Under the pieces are notes generated by a model. The model ran no database searches, was not told the DNA's origin, and saw only the letters and a program-made list of their open reading frames with translations. A DNA stretch of 64,000 bases from Mobula hypostoma (taxonomy: Eukaryota): positions 68,326,001-68,390,000 of the forward strand of contig NC_086108.1 of the NCBI RefSeq assembly GCF_963921235.1. The letters run 5' to 3'. Position 1 is the first letter of the stretch. Each line of letters opens with the position of its first letter. The position numbers and the translations under genes were made by a program. Positions 36,945 through 49,215 of the stretch are shown here, piece by piece.

Positions 36945-39900
36945 CAGAACAGCACAGTACAGGTACTACGGCCTGCAATATTGTGTTGAACTTTTAACCT
37001 CAGATTAATTAACCCTTTTCTCCTACATAGACATCCATTTTTCTAATATCTTGTACCTATCTAAGTGCTTCTTAAATGTCCTTAGTTTATCTGCCTCTAC
37101 CACTGCCCCTGGCAGGGTATTACATGCACCCACCACACCCTGTGTAAAACATACCTCCCACCCCACATACTTTCCTTCAATCACCTTAAAATTATGCCCC
37201 CTCAGATTAGCCATAACATATCCTAGTGGAACACCACCAGTCACCAACTTCCAGGCAGAATATGCTCCACCTACAACCACCCTCTGCCTTCTATGGGCAA
37301 GCCACTTCTGAAGCCACAGAGCTAAGTTTCCCTGGATCCTATGCTGCTTGACTTTCTGAATGAGCGTACCATGGGGAACTTGATGTAAAACACCTTACTA
37401 AGATCCATATACACCACATCCAGTGCTCTACCTTCATCAAGGTGCTTTTGTCACGTCCTCAAAAAATTCATTCAGGCTCATAAGGCATGACCTGCACCTC
37501 ACAAAGCCATTCTGACAATCTTTAATTAAACTATGCCTCTCCAAATGCTGGTAAATCCTGTCTCTTAAGAATCTTCTCAAATAATTTGCCCACTGCTGAA
37601 GGAACACATTGGTCTATAATTCCTAGGGTTATGCCTACTCCCTTGCTTGAACAAAGAAATAAGATTTGCCAGCAATCACCAAGTCAATTCCTGTGGCAAA
37701 TGAGAGCACAAAGACATCACCAAAGGTGCAGCAATCTCTTCCCTCACTTCCTGCAGCAACCTGGGGTATATCCCATCGGGCTACAGGAACTTATCTATCC
37801 TAATTTTTTCAAAATTTCCAGCACATCCTCTTTCTTAAATTCAATATATTCTAGCATATCAACCTGTTCTACTCTGTCCTTACAAATGTGAAGGTCCCTC
37901 ACTAGTGAATACTGAAGCAACGTAGTCAGAAGGACCTACCCTACCTCCTCTGACTCCAGGCACATGTTTCCTCTTCTATCCCTGATTGGTCCTACCCTCA
38001 CTCTAGACATCCTCCTGTTCTTCACATATGCATAGAACTCCTTTGGTATTTGCCAAGGCCTTCTTACACCCTCTTCTTGCTCTCTTCAGTCCATCCTTCA
38101 GCTCCTTTCAAGGCTGGCTTCTAGAGCCCCGCCTGATCCTTGCTTCCTAAACCTTAAGGAAGTTTCTTTATTCCCCTTGACTAGATGGTCCACATCTCTT
38201 GTCAACCATGGTTCCGTCATCCTGCTATCCTTTCCCTGCGACAATGGACAAACCTATCCAGAACCCCAAGCAAATGCTCCCTAAACAACCTCCACATTTC
38301 TGTTGTGCAATTTCCTGAATACATCCATTCCCAATTTATGCTCCCTTGTTCCTGATTAATAGGATCAGAATTTTCCCTCCCCAATTAAATCTTTTACAAT
38401 GCCATCTGTTCTATCCCTCTCCGACACTATCATAAATGTCAGGCAGGATTGTCTCCAAAATGCTCACCCATAAAGAGATTCATTGCCCAGCACCAGATCC
38501 AGCATGATTTCTCTGGTCTGGGCTACATAGTATTTCAGGAGTCCTTCTTGAACTCCGTCCCATCTTGATCTTTTGCACTAAAGAGGTGCCAGTCAATATT
38601 AGGAAAGTTAAAGTCACCCTTGACATCTACCCTGACATTTTTATACCTTTCCAAAATCTGCCTCCTGATCCTGTTCCTCAGTGTCTCTGTTGTTATTGAG
38701 GGGTTAATGGAATTTTCCCAGTAGTGATTGTTCCCCTCCTGTTTCCTGTTGCACCAACACTGACTCAGTGGACAATCCTTCCTTGATGTCTTCCCTTTCA
38801 GTAGCTGTGATACTATACCTGATTAGCAATGCCACTCCCCCTACCTCTCTTACCTCCCTCCCTGTCACTTTTGAAACATCTAAGCACCAGGACATCCAAC
38901 ATCCATTCCTGCCTTGTGATGGCCGAATCTCCGTAATGGCTGAAATGTCATAGTTCCATGTACTGACCCATGCTCAAAGTTCATTTTCCTTGTTCCTGAT
39001 TCTTCCTGCATTAAAATAGATACACTTCAACTCATCCCACTGAATGCAATTCTGCCCCTGCAAAGGCCTAACCTTCCTCACAGTTTTCCTACGTGCTGTG
39101 TCTTCCTGTATACAAACTGTCCCATCCTCTGACCTAACACTCTTGATTCAATCACCCTGCTAAACTAAATTAAACCTTCCCCAACAGCTCTAGCAAACCT
39201 GATCACAAGGATTTTGGTCCCCTCAAGTTCAGATGTAACTTGTCCTTTTTGTAGAGGCCATATCACCCCCTGAAGAGACCCTAATGATCTAGAAATCTGA
39301 AACCCTGCCTGCTGCAACAATGCTTCTGCCACACATTCATCTAACAAATCATTCTATTCTTACCTACACTGGTCTCTCCTAGCTCTCTATTATCTCTCAT
39401 CAGAGCTTCATCCCTTTTTCCTACCTGTGTTGTTAGTACCAATATGTATCACGGCTTCTGGCTGTTCAATTTCCACCTCGAATGCTGACTACTCAATCTG
39501 AGACATCCCTGACCCCGGTACTTGAGAGGCAACAAATATACCATCTATAGAACTTCTTGTCTGCTCCCCTAATGATGGAATCTCTTATCACAATGCACTC
39601 CCCTTCTCTTCAGCAGCACAGAGTCTGACACAGTTCTAGAGACCTGGTTGCTGTGGCTTTTCCCGGTAGGTCATTTCCTTCCCCCTGCCCCCCTCCCCAA
39701 ACAGTATCCAAAGCAGTGTGCATATTCTTGAGGTGAATGGCGACAGGAGTACTCTGTATTTTTCCCTTTCACTCTCCTGACAGTCACTCAGCTACCTGTC
39801 TCCTACAGTCTAGTGGTGATTACCTCCCTGTAACTTTTTATCAAACATCTCCTCATTCTTACAAATAAGGCTTGGGTTATCCAGCTGCAGCTCTAGTTCC

Positions 39901-41175
39901 CTAACAGTCCATAAGGAGTTGCAGCTGATGCACTTCACACAGATTTAGTTATCAGGGAGACTGGAAGTCTCTCAGATTTCCCATATCTGAGCACGCACTT
40001 AACCTGAGTTTATTCCCATTAATCTAACTAGGCATAAGAGACAAAGAAAGAAATAAATTTAACAGAAATGAACTTTAGCCTCCTAGCCTCCACCTCTACT
40101 CATTGAAGCCTCTTGAGCCAAAGCCTCAAGCTCTCCACGATAGTTCAAAGTAAATTTATGATAAAAGTACTGTGCATATATATCACCATATACAACCCTG
40201 AGATTCATTTTCATCCAGGCATACTCAGTAAATCTAAGAACCATAATAGAATCAGTGGAAGACCACACTCAACAGGGCAGACGAGCAACCAATGTGAAGA
40301 AGGCAACAAACTATGCAAGTATAAAAGAAAAAAATAATAATAATAAATAAGCAATAAAGCAATAAATACTGAGAACATGAGATGAAGAGTCCTTGAAAGT
40401 GAGTCCATGGGTTGAGGAGCATTCAATGATGGGGCAAATGACGTTGTGAAGTTATCCCCTTTGGTTCAAGAGCCTGATGGTTGAGGGGTAATAAGTGTCC
40501 CTGAAACTGATGGCGTGAGTTCTCAGGCTCCTGTGCCTCCTTAATCACAGCAGCGAAAAGACAGCATGACCTAGTTGGCGGGGGTCCCTGATGATTGATG
40601 CTGCTTTCCTGCGGCAGCGCTCTGTATAGATGTGCTCAGTGGTGGGGAGCGCTTTACCCGTGATGGACTAGACTATATCCACTTCCTTTTGTAGGTTTTT
40701 CCATACAAGGGCATTGGAATTTCCGTGCCAGGCTGTGATGCAGCCAGTCCACCACACATCTATAGAAGTTTGGCAAAGTTTTAGACGTCAGGCTGAATCT
40801 TCGCAAACATCTAAGGAAGTAGAAGCGCTGCCATGCTTTCTTTGTAATTGCACTGTATGCTGAGCCCAGAGCAGATCCTCTGAAATGATAACACTGAGGA
40901 ATTTAAACTTGCAGATTCTGCCCACCTCTAATCCCCTGATGTGGACTGGCTCATGGACCTCTGGTTTTCTCCTGAAAACAAGTTATCAGCTCTTTGGTCT
41001 TCCTGATAGTGAGAGAGAGTTTGTTGTTTTGGCATCACTCAGCAAGATTTTCAATCTCCCTGCTATATGCAGATTCATCGCCACCTTTGATTCAGCCAAC
41101 GGCAGTGGAGCCGTTATGAGAGTGGAGTATAACCCTGACCATTCCCACAACGGTCGCCCCACTTGAACCTCACTT
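36945..41175 (-). mobile_element. Near full-length but deleted and decayed CR1 LINE (5' UTR, ORF1, endonuclease, RT, 3' end)
   Basis: 3' end at about 36945; RT region 37220-37950; endonuclease GGVALLIR...STESV at 38750-38850; ORF1-like 39150-40000; 5' UTR split by a Rex insertion. Confidence 0.85.
40142..41100 (-). mobile_element. Rex1/Babar-type LINE 3' part
   Basis: Tail agttcaaagtaaatttatg; coding region colinear with 2500-3120. Confidence 0.85.
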
Positions 41176-41717
41176 CTTTTTATAGCCTTTGCCAAGTGCA
41201 TAATAAACTATGATATCTCAAGCCTGCAGAAAAGCTCAGAAATTTAAAAGCTCATGTTTTAAATTCCCGCTCACTCACTTCCAAACAAGCAACTGCTCAC
41301 AGTATATCAGGCCCACAGAAAAGCCTAGGAAAAAATAAATAGTTTCAGTAATCTAAACTGACTACAAAAAAAAATCACTGTCCATCTCAAATTAATTGTA
41401 TCAACCCATGCTCTAATATTGCTAATCCATTGGCATTTCAGATATGTAACTGTAGATAAGTATCTACTGTTTGTTAGGGCTTGCTTAAAAAATTGGCTAT
41501 ATTAGAAACTATTTCTAATTAAGACAGCATTGTCCTTGCCATCCTCCATTTTAATCCATATTAACAAATGTAGAATAAGTAATGTTTGATTCTGTTGCAA
41601 ATCAATATTATTTGATAAACAAATAAGATAAATTGCTTCTCACTTGAATCACTTCTTATTAGAATTTTAGGATGTTAAGAATTAAAGTGTGTAAAGGATT
41701 ATGACATTTATGTTGTT

Positions 41718-41950
41718 AGGGTGGTGAATCTATGGAACTTTTTGCCACGGGCAGCAGTGGAGGCCAAGTCATTGTGTGTATTTAAGGCAGAGATTGATAG
41801 GTATCTGAGTAGCCAGGGCATCAAAGGTTATGGTGAGAAGGTGGGGGAGTGGGACTAAATGGGAGAATGGATCAGCTCATGATAAAATGGCGGAGCAGAC
41901 TCTATGGGCTGAATGGCCGACTTCTGCTCCTTTGTCTTATGGTCTTATGG
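41718..41950 (+). mobile_element. CR1 3'-end fragment
   Basis: agggtggtgaatctatggaa...tttaaggcagagattgatagg...ttctgctcctttgtcttatggtcttatgg. Confidence 0.85.
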
Positions 41951-43390
41951 AATTGAGGCACAGCATAGAGGATAATGATCAACAATATTCAATCTTTAGT
42001 TTTATCCATTTTAAAACATGCAGTTATGCGGCACAGATCACTGGGAGACGTTGGTTTGTGAGTAGCAGGAGAGAGATTTGAAAAGAAATGAGCAGGGGCA
42101 ATTAAAACATTCTGCATGCCACAGATCGCCTGATAATTAGGAACTTGGCATGAGCTAATTAAAAAAAAGTCAGTTTTAAGTGGAGTAGCCATTGTCGGAG
42201 TGACCATTGTTTGAGTGGGCCACTGTTATAGAGTTAAGTTGAGGCTTCAGCTCAGAGAATCTTCAGCAAGGAGAGGTGTAAGCTGTAGGTAGATTTACAG
42301 GTGTCCCCCGCTTTTTGATCGTTCGCTTTACGACACCTTGCTGTTACAAAAGACCTAAATTAGTGACCTGTTTTCGCTAACAGAAGGTGTTTTCACTGTT
42401 ACGAAAAAAGGCAGCGCGTGCCCCGAGCAGCCACTCCTCCCCCAGAACTGCATTCTAGCCGGCATTGCTTAAACACGTGCCTGTGAGCATCTGTGCTTTA
42501 TGTCGATTTATTTGGAGCATCTGTTTGCAAGATGAGTTCTAAGGTATCGGAAAAGCCTAAAAGAGCTCGTAAGTGTGTTACACTTAGCGTAAAACTAGAC
42601 GTAATTAAGCGTTTTGATCGTGGTGAATGAAGTAAGGACGAAGTGAGTTTGGCTTGTGGAAGTTGACGAAGATGATGTTGAAGAGGTTTTGGCATCCCAT
42701 GACCAAGAACTGATAGATGAAGAGCTGATGCAGTTGGAAGAGGAAAAGATAGCAATTGAAACTGAATGCAGTAGCGAACGGACCGAAAGTGAAGTCGTCC
42801 AGGAACTGAATATGAAGCAACTGTGTGAGGTTTTCGCTGTAATGATTGCAGAAAAGTACGACTTTAATTTTGAAAGGGTATGTAGGTTTAGGACATATTT
42901 GCATGATGGTTTGAGTGCTTACAAAGAACTGTATGATAGAAAAATGCGCAAGGCTAAGCAGTCAAGCATACTGTCATTTTTCAAGCCTTCCACATCAGCC
43001 ACAGCAGGCGATGAACCTCGACCTTCGATATCAAGGCAGGCAGACATAGAAGATGACCTGCCTGTCCTGATGGAAACAGACGACGATGAGGTGACACCCC
43101 AGTGTCCCACCACCCCAACCTCTGGGCCGCGGACCGATACATTGCCGCGGAGAATGCAACGGTAGCCGGGACACACCCAGCACATCTTCAAGAAAAAAGC
43201 CGAAATAAACAAGCTAATTAATTAAGTGCCGCCCGGCACGTAAATATCGCAGATCAGAGGCAATTGCCGATTGCGTCGCCTCTGATCTGGGCGGACATTT
43301 ACATGCCGGGCGGCACCTAATTAATTAGCTTGTTTATTTCAAAGTTGCTGGTGAATGCAGCAGGCCAGGCAGCATCTGTAGGAAGAGGTG

Positions 43391-43428
43391 CAGTCGACGT
43401 TTCAGGCCGAGACCCTTCGTCAGGACTA
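43391..43428 (-). ncRNA. Minimal type I hammerhead ribozyme motif
   Basis: Exact reverse complement of 34793-34830. Confidence 0.85.
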
Positions 43429-45982
43429 ACTGAAGGAAGAGTGAGTAAGGGATTTGAAAGTTGGAGGGGGAGGGGGAGATCCAAAATAATAGGAAAAGAC
43501 AGGAGGGGGAGGGATAGAGCCAAGAGCTGGGCAGGTGATAGGCAAAAGGGGATACGAGAGGATCATGGGACAGGAGGTCTGGGAAGAAAGACAAGGAGGG
43601 GGGCGGGACCCAGAGGATGGGCAAGAGGTATATTCAGAGGGACAGAGGGAGAAAAAGGAGAGTGAGAGAAAGAATGTGTGCATAAAAGTAAATAACAGAT
43701 GGGGTACGAGGGGGAGGTGGGGCCTTAGCGGAAGTTAGAGAGGTCGATGTTCATGCCATCAGGTTGGAGGCTACCCAGACGGAATATAAGGTGTTGTTCC
43801 TCCAACCTGAGTGTGGCTTCATCTTTACAGTAGAGGAAGGCCGTGGATAGACATGTCAGAATGGGAATGGGATGTGGAATTAAAATGTGTGGCCACTGGG
43901 AGATCCTGCTTTCTCTGGCGGACAGAGCGTAGATGTTCAGCAAAGTGGTCTCCCAGTCTGCGTTTGGTCTCGCCAATATATAAAAGGCCACATCGGGAGC
44001 ACCGGACGCAGTATATCACCCCAGTCGACTCACAGGTGAAGTGTTGCCTCACCTGGAAGGACTGTTTGGGGCCGTGAATGGTGGTAAGGGAGGAAGTGTA
44101 AGGGCATGTGTAGCACTTGTTCTGCTTACACAGATAAGTGCCAGGAGGGAGATCAGTGGGGAGGGATGGGGGGGACGAATGGACAAGGGAGTTGCGTAGG
44201 GAGCGATCCCTGCGGAATGCAGGGGGGGGGGAGGGAAAGATGTGCTTAGTGGTGGGATCCCGTTGGAGGTTAACACTTCTCACACTGATTTTAAGTTCCC
44301 TGGCCCCCACCGCTTTATTTTCACCATGGATGTCCAGTCCCTATATACTTCCATCCCCCATCAGGAAGGTCTCAAAGCTCTACGCTTCTTTTTGGATTCC
44401 AGACCTAATTAGTTCCCCTCTACCACCACTCTGCTCTGTCTAGCGGAATTAGTCCTTACTCTTAATAATTTCTCCTTTGGCTCCTCCTACTTCCTCCAAA
44501 CTAAAGGTGTAGCTATGGGCACCCGTATGGGTCCTAGCTATGCCTGCCTTTTTGTTGGCTTTGTGGAACAATCTATGTTCCGTGCCTATTCTGGTATCTG
44601 TCCCCCACTTTTCCTTCGCTACATCGATGACTGCATTGGCGCTGCTTCCTGCACGCATGCTGAGCTCGTTGACTTTATTATCTTTGCCTCCAACTTTCAC
44701 CCTGCCCTCAAGTTTACCTGGTCCATTTCCGACACCACCCTCCCCTTTCTAGATCTTTCTGTCTCTGTCTCTGGAGACAGTTGATCCACTGATGTCTACT
44801 ATAAGCCTACTGACTCTCACAGCTATCTGGACTATTCCTCTTCTCACCCTGTCTCTTGCAAAAACGCCATCCCCTTCTCGCAATTCCTCCGTCTCCGCCG
44901 CATCTGCTCAGGATGAGGCTTTTCATTCTAGGACGAGGGAGATGTCTTCCTTTTTTAAAGAAAGGGGCTTCCCTTCCTCCACTATCAACTCTGCTCTTAA
45001 ACGCATTCTCCCCCATTTCACGTACATCTGCTCTCACTCCATCCTCCCGCCACCCCACTAGGAATAGGGTTCCCCTGGTCCTCACCTACCACCCCACCAG
45101 CCTCCGGGTCCAACATATTATTCTCCGTAACTTCCGCCACCTCCAACGGGATCCCACCGCTAAGCACATCTTTCCCTCCCCCCCTCTCTCTGCATTCCGC
45201 AGGGATCGCTCCCTACGCAACTCCCTTGTCCATTCGTCCCCCCCATCCCTCCCCACTGATCTCCCTCCTGGCACTTATCCGTGTAAGCGGAACAAGTGCT
45301 ACACATGCCCTTACACTTCCTCCCTTACCACCATTCAGGGCCCCAAACAGTCCTTCCAGGTGAGGCAACACTTCACATGTGAGTCGACTGGGGTGATATA
45401 CTGCGTCCGGTGCTCCCGATGTGGCCTCATATATTGGCGAGACCCGACGCAGACTGGGAGACCACTTTGCTGAACATCTACACTCTGTCCGCCAGAGAAA
45501 GCAGGATCTCCCAGTGGCCACACATTTTAATTCCACATCCCATTCCCATTCTGACATGTCTATCCACGGCCTCCTCTACTGTAAAGATGAAGCCACACTC
45601 AGGTTGGAGGAACAACACCTTATATTCCGTCTGGGTAGCCTCCAACCTGATGGCATGAACATTGACTTCTTTAACTTCCGCTAGGCCCCACCTCCCCCTC
45701 GTACCCCATCTGGTTATTTATTTTTATGCACACATTCTTTCTCTCACTCTCCTTTTTCTCCCTCTGTCCCTCTGAATATACCTCTTGCCCATCCTCTGGG
45801 TTCCCCCCCCCCCACCTTGTCTTTCTTCCGGAACCTCCTGTCCCATGATCCTCTTGTATCCCCTTTAGCCTATCACCTGTCCAGCTCTCGGCTCCATCCC
45901 TCCCCCTCCTGTCTTCTCCTATCATTTTGCATCTCCCCCTCCCCCTCCAGCTTTCAAATCCCTTACTCACTCTTCCTTCAGT

Positions 45983-46020
45983 TAGTCCTGACGAAGGGTC
46001 TCGGCCTGAAACGTCGACTG
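45983..46020 (+). ncRNA. Minimal type I hammerhead ribozyme motif
   Basis: tagtcCTGACGAagggtctcggcctGAAACGTCgactg, identical to 34793-34830, downstream of the GIY-YIG stop. Confidence 0.85.
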
Positions 46021-48137
46021 CACCTCTTCCTATAGATGCTGCTTGGCCTGCTGCATTCACCAGCAACTTTGATGTGTGTTGCTTGAATTTCCAGCATCTG
46101 CAGAATTCCTGTTGTTAGCTTGTTTATTTCGGCTTTTTTCTTAAAGACGTGCTGGGTGCATCCCGGCTACCGTTGCACTGCTACATTCTTCGTGGATCGG
46201 TATCAGTTCACTGCCTGGAGGTTGGGGACCACTGCACCACCCCATCCTCCGACGACTCAGCCTAACACACCATCATCAGTGTGCTCGGCGCTGTCTTCCC
46301 GATTCCGGTAAGTGATACTACACTGTACATACATTATTTCTACTTTATATAGGCTGTTTATTTTTATGCGTTATTTGGTATGATTTGGCAGCTTCATAGC
46401 TTAAAGGTTACTGGAGAGAGTGTTTCTGCCGAGAGCGCTTGCGTGAGACTTTCGCTACGGTGGACAGTGCTGCAATGATATAGAAAAGTATTTCTACTTT
46501 ATATAGGCTGTGTATTTATCATATCATATCATTCTTGCTTTTACTATATGTTACTGTTATTTTAGGTTTTATGTGTTATTTGGCATGATTTGGTAGGTTA
46601 TTTTTTGGGTCTGTGAACGCTCACAAATTTTTTCCATATAAATAAATGGTAATTGTTTCTTCACTTTACGACATTCCGGCTTACGAACCGTTTCATAGGA
46701 ACGCTCTACCTTAAGATGGCAGAGGAAACCTGTAACTCTCTTTATTTCTTATTGCACAGTTAGAGCAGTGGAAATGCCAGGCAGGTTAGGGGAATGAGTC
46801 TCTTGTGTTATGTGGGAGGGTAGGGAGACCTCCAATGTCCATGACTACTGCACCTACCCCTACAAGAAGCTGCAACTTTTTATAGACTGTGTTAAGAAAT
46901 AGGCACTGGAGCTGGATGAACTCCGGATCATTTGGAATGCTGAGGGGTTGATTGACAGGTGATTTAGGGAGGTAGTTACACGGAAGGTGCAAGACGCAGA
47001 TAACTGAATGACCATCAGAAGGGAGAAAGGGGATAGGCAGACAGTACAGGGTAACCCTGTGGTTGCTTCCCCTCGATAACAGGTTTGGATATTATTGGAG
47101 AGGGTGACCTATCAGAGGAAAGCCAGAGCATTCTGGTCTCTGGCATGGGTCTGGTTCTATGGCTTAGAAGGGAAGGGGAGAAGAGGTGGGCTATAGTGAT
47201 AGGTGATTCAATAGTTAAAGAAATAGACAGGAGATTCTGTAGAAGAGAACAAGATTCCCAGATGGTATGTTGCCTCCCGGGTGCTAGAGTGAGGGACATC
47301 TTGGATGTGAGAGATGAGCAACCAGGGATCGTGGTCTATTTCAGTACCAATGTCATGGGTAGGAAAGGTGACGAGGTCCTGCAGAGTGAGTTCGGGGGAC
47401 TCAGTACAGGACCTCAAGGGTTGGGATTTCAGGATTGCTAACCCTGCCACTTGCTAGTGGGGCCAGAAATAGGAAGATAATACTGTTTAACAAATGGCTA
47501 AGGTGATGGTGCAGGCGGAAGAACTTCAGATTTTTAGATCATTCGGCATTCCTCCAGGGAATGTGAGACCTCTGCCTATGGGACAATTTGCACCGGAATT
47601 GATATCTTTGTGGAAATATTGCTGTTGCTGTACACAGGGGTTTAAACAAGAGTTGCAGGGGATGCTGCCCAAGCATAATAGTGAAGTGATTGTGGGGAAA
47701 GATGTTCAGCCTATATACAATGTCAGGAATAGAAAGGTTGAGCATGCTGGGATCAATGTTCTGAATTGTGTACATTTCAATGCAAAGAGTATTGTAGGAA
47801 TTGAGGATGAGCATAGGGCATGGATAAACACATGGAATTATGACATCGTAGTATTACTGAGATTTGGTAACTGGAGGGGCAGGATGTGCAACTCGGTATT
47901 CCAGGGTTCCATTGCTTTGGACTTGATAGAGTAGGCCGGGTGGCATTACTAGTTTGGAAATATATCACAACAGTGCTCAAACAGGATACTTTATAGAGCA
48001 CTCAGTAGTCAATGGGATTTAGGGAAGCGAATTTGTAGAGATTGAGACCATTCCAAGAACAATAAGGTTGTGATAGTAAGTGATTTTAACTTTCCTTATA
48101 TTGACTGAAAACTCCCATGCTGTAAAGGAGCTGGAAA

Positions 48138-48600
48138 AGTTCAAAGTAAATTTATTTCAAAATACATATATCTCACCGTATATAACCCTGAGATTCATCT
48201 TCTTGGAGGCATACTCAATAAATCCGTAAAAGGATAACCCAAATAGAATCAATGAAAGACCACACCAATTTTGGGCATTCAACCAGTGTACAAAAGACAA
48301 CAAACTGTGTAAATACAGAAAAAAAGAAATAATAATAAATAAACAAATGTTGAGAACATGAGATGAAGAGCCCTTGAAAGTGAGTCCCTAGACTGTGGGA
48401 ACATTTCAGTGATGGGGCAAGTGAAGTTATCCCCTTTGGCACCAGAGCCTGATGGTTGAGGGGTAATGATTGTTGCTGAACCTGGTGGTGTGAGTCCCAA
48501 GGCGCCTGTACAGTATTACCTTCTTCCTGATGGCAGCAGTGAGAAGAGAGCATGGCTTGGATGGTGGAGGTGCTTGATGATGGATGTGGCTTTCCTTGGA
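48138..48600 (-). mobile_element. Rex1/Babar-type LINE 3' end
   Basis: Colinear with 40142-40610, with the same aagttcaaagtaaattta tail. Confidence 0.85.
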
Positions 48601-49094
48601 ATTGAGGAAAATGTTGGAATCTGCTAGTTGAATAGTTAAATAATGACAAGAGTCCTCTTCAGTATTTGGTGATCTTAACTGAGCAGTGGATATGGTGAGA
48701 CAAAATTAATAATTGAAGTAATCTCATGCCAAAGTTCTGCCATTGAAATTTGGCCAGTATGGTAATCCAGTACATAATGGGATGAAGTACTGTTTTGTGC
48801 CTCAGATGTTGTGGGTGGTGAAAACATCAGGCCATTGTATGAAAAAAATTGTTTACTGTTCTTATTACTAGTTTAAGGTTTTCTTTTCAAATAAAGATGA
48901 AAGTAGGCTGTAAGATACAAAAAAACTACAGATTTATTTCCAGAAGGTAAACTAAATAGTTTAATAATTAAACTAATTATCAAGTGAATAAAAGTTCAAA
49001 AGAATAAATGCAATAATTTCTTTCGGGGTAGCAGAACTGGTGAGCTATCGCCACTTATGTGGAATGTTCTGTTACCATCATTCATGTAACAATA

Positions 49095-49215
49095 ACAGAA
49101 AACACTAGAAGCATTCAGAATAACAGGCAACATCTCTGGATGCTATCTGACTTGTTCAGTGTTTTCAGCATTTTCTGTTTTTAATACAAATGTTCAGCAT
49201 TTGTATTTTTTGAAT
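49095..49215. repeat. Old fold-back of PLE terminal sequence
   Basis: aacagaaaacactagaagcattcag...gcaacatc is followed by its imperfect inverted copy gatgcta...cagtgttttcagcattttctgtt. Confidence 0.5.

Larger units (their letters stand above)
43341..46114 (+). mobile_element. Penelope-like retroelement (probably Neptune-type), 5'-truncated with an inverted copy of its 3' end; RT plus GIY-YIG pseudogene
   Basis: RT motifs MDVQSLYTSIP, GVAMGTRMGPSYA and RYIDD; Cys linker CKRNKCYTC; GIY-YIG VIYCVRCSRCGLLYIGET; 43341-44270 is the reverse complement of 45139-46070; 16-bp TSD ttagcttgtttatttc (43325-40, 46115-30). Confidence 0.95.
43116..46234. mobile_element. Palindromic hAT/Charlie-like MITE nested in Tigger and split by the PLE
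   Basis: Right end GGTTGGGGACCACTG; left end ccccaacctctgggccgcggaccg with the first bases lost; 8-bp TSD caccaccc (43108-15, 46235-42); arms are reverse complements around a centre near 43265. Confidence 0.7.
42298..46732 (+). mobile_element. Internally deleted Tigger/pogo DNA transposon
   Basis: TA|CAGGTGTCCCCCGC ... GCAGAGGAAACCTG|TA (TA at 42296-97 and 46733-34); ATG 42532 MSSKVSEKPKRARKCVTLSVKLDVIKRFDRGE (CENP-B/psq-type HTH start) joined directly to the acidic C-terminus EVDEDDVEEVLASHDQEL; DDE domain absent. Confidence 0.85.
42180..48135 (+). mobile_element. CR1 LINE 5' part (5' UTR, SGNH-esterase ORF1, start of endonuclease), host of the Tigger nest
   Basis: AIVIGDSIVKEIDRRFC...VCCLPGARVRDI (GDS esterase motif) and HFNAKSIV; 5' UTR at 42180-42297, resuming at 46735. 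Confidence 0.75.

Noticed and set aside
42656..43165. 169-aa acidic ORF as a TIGD/CENP-B-like host gene
   Set aside because: It lies between TIRs with a TA TSD, lacks the DDE domain, has a stop in the N-terminal part and is interrupted by a MITE.
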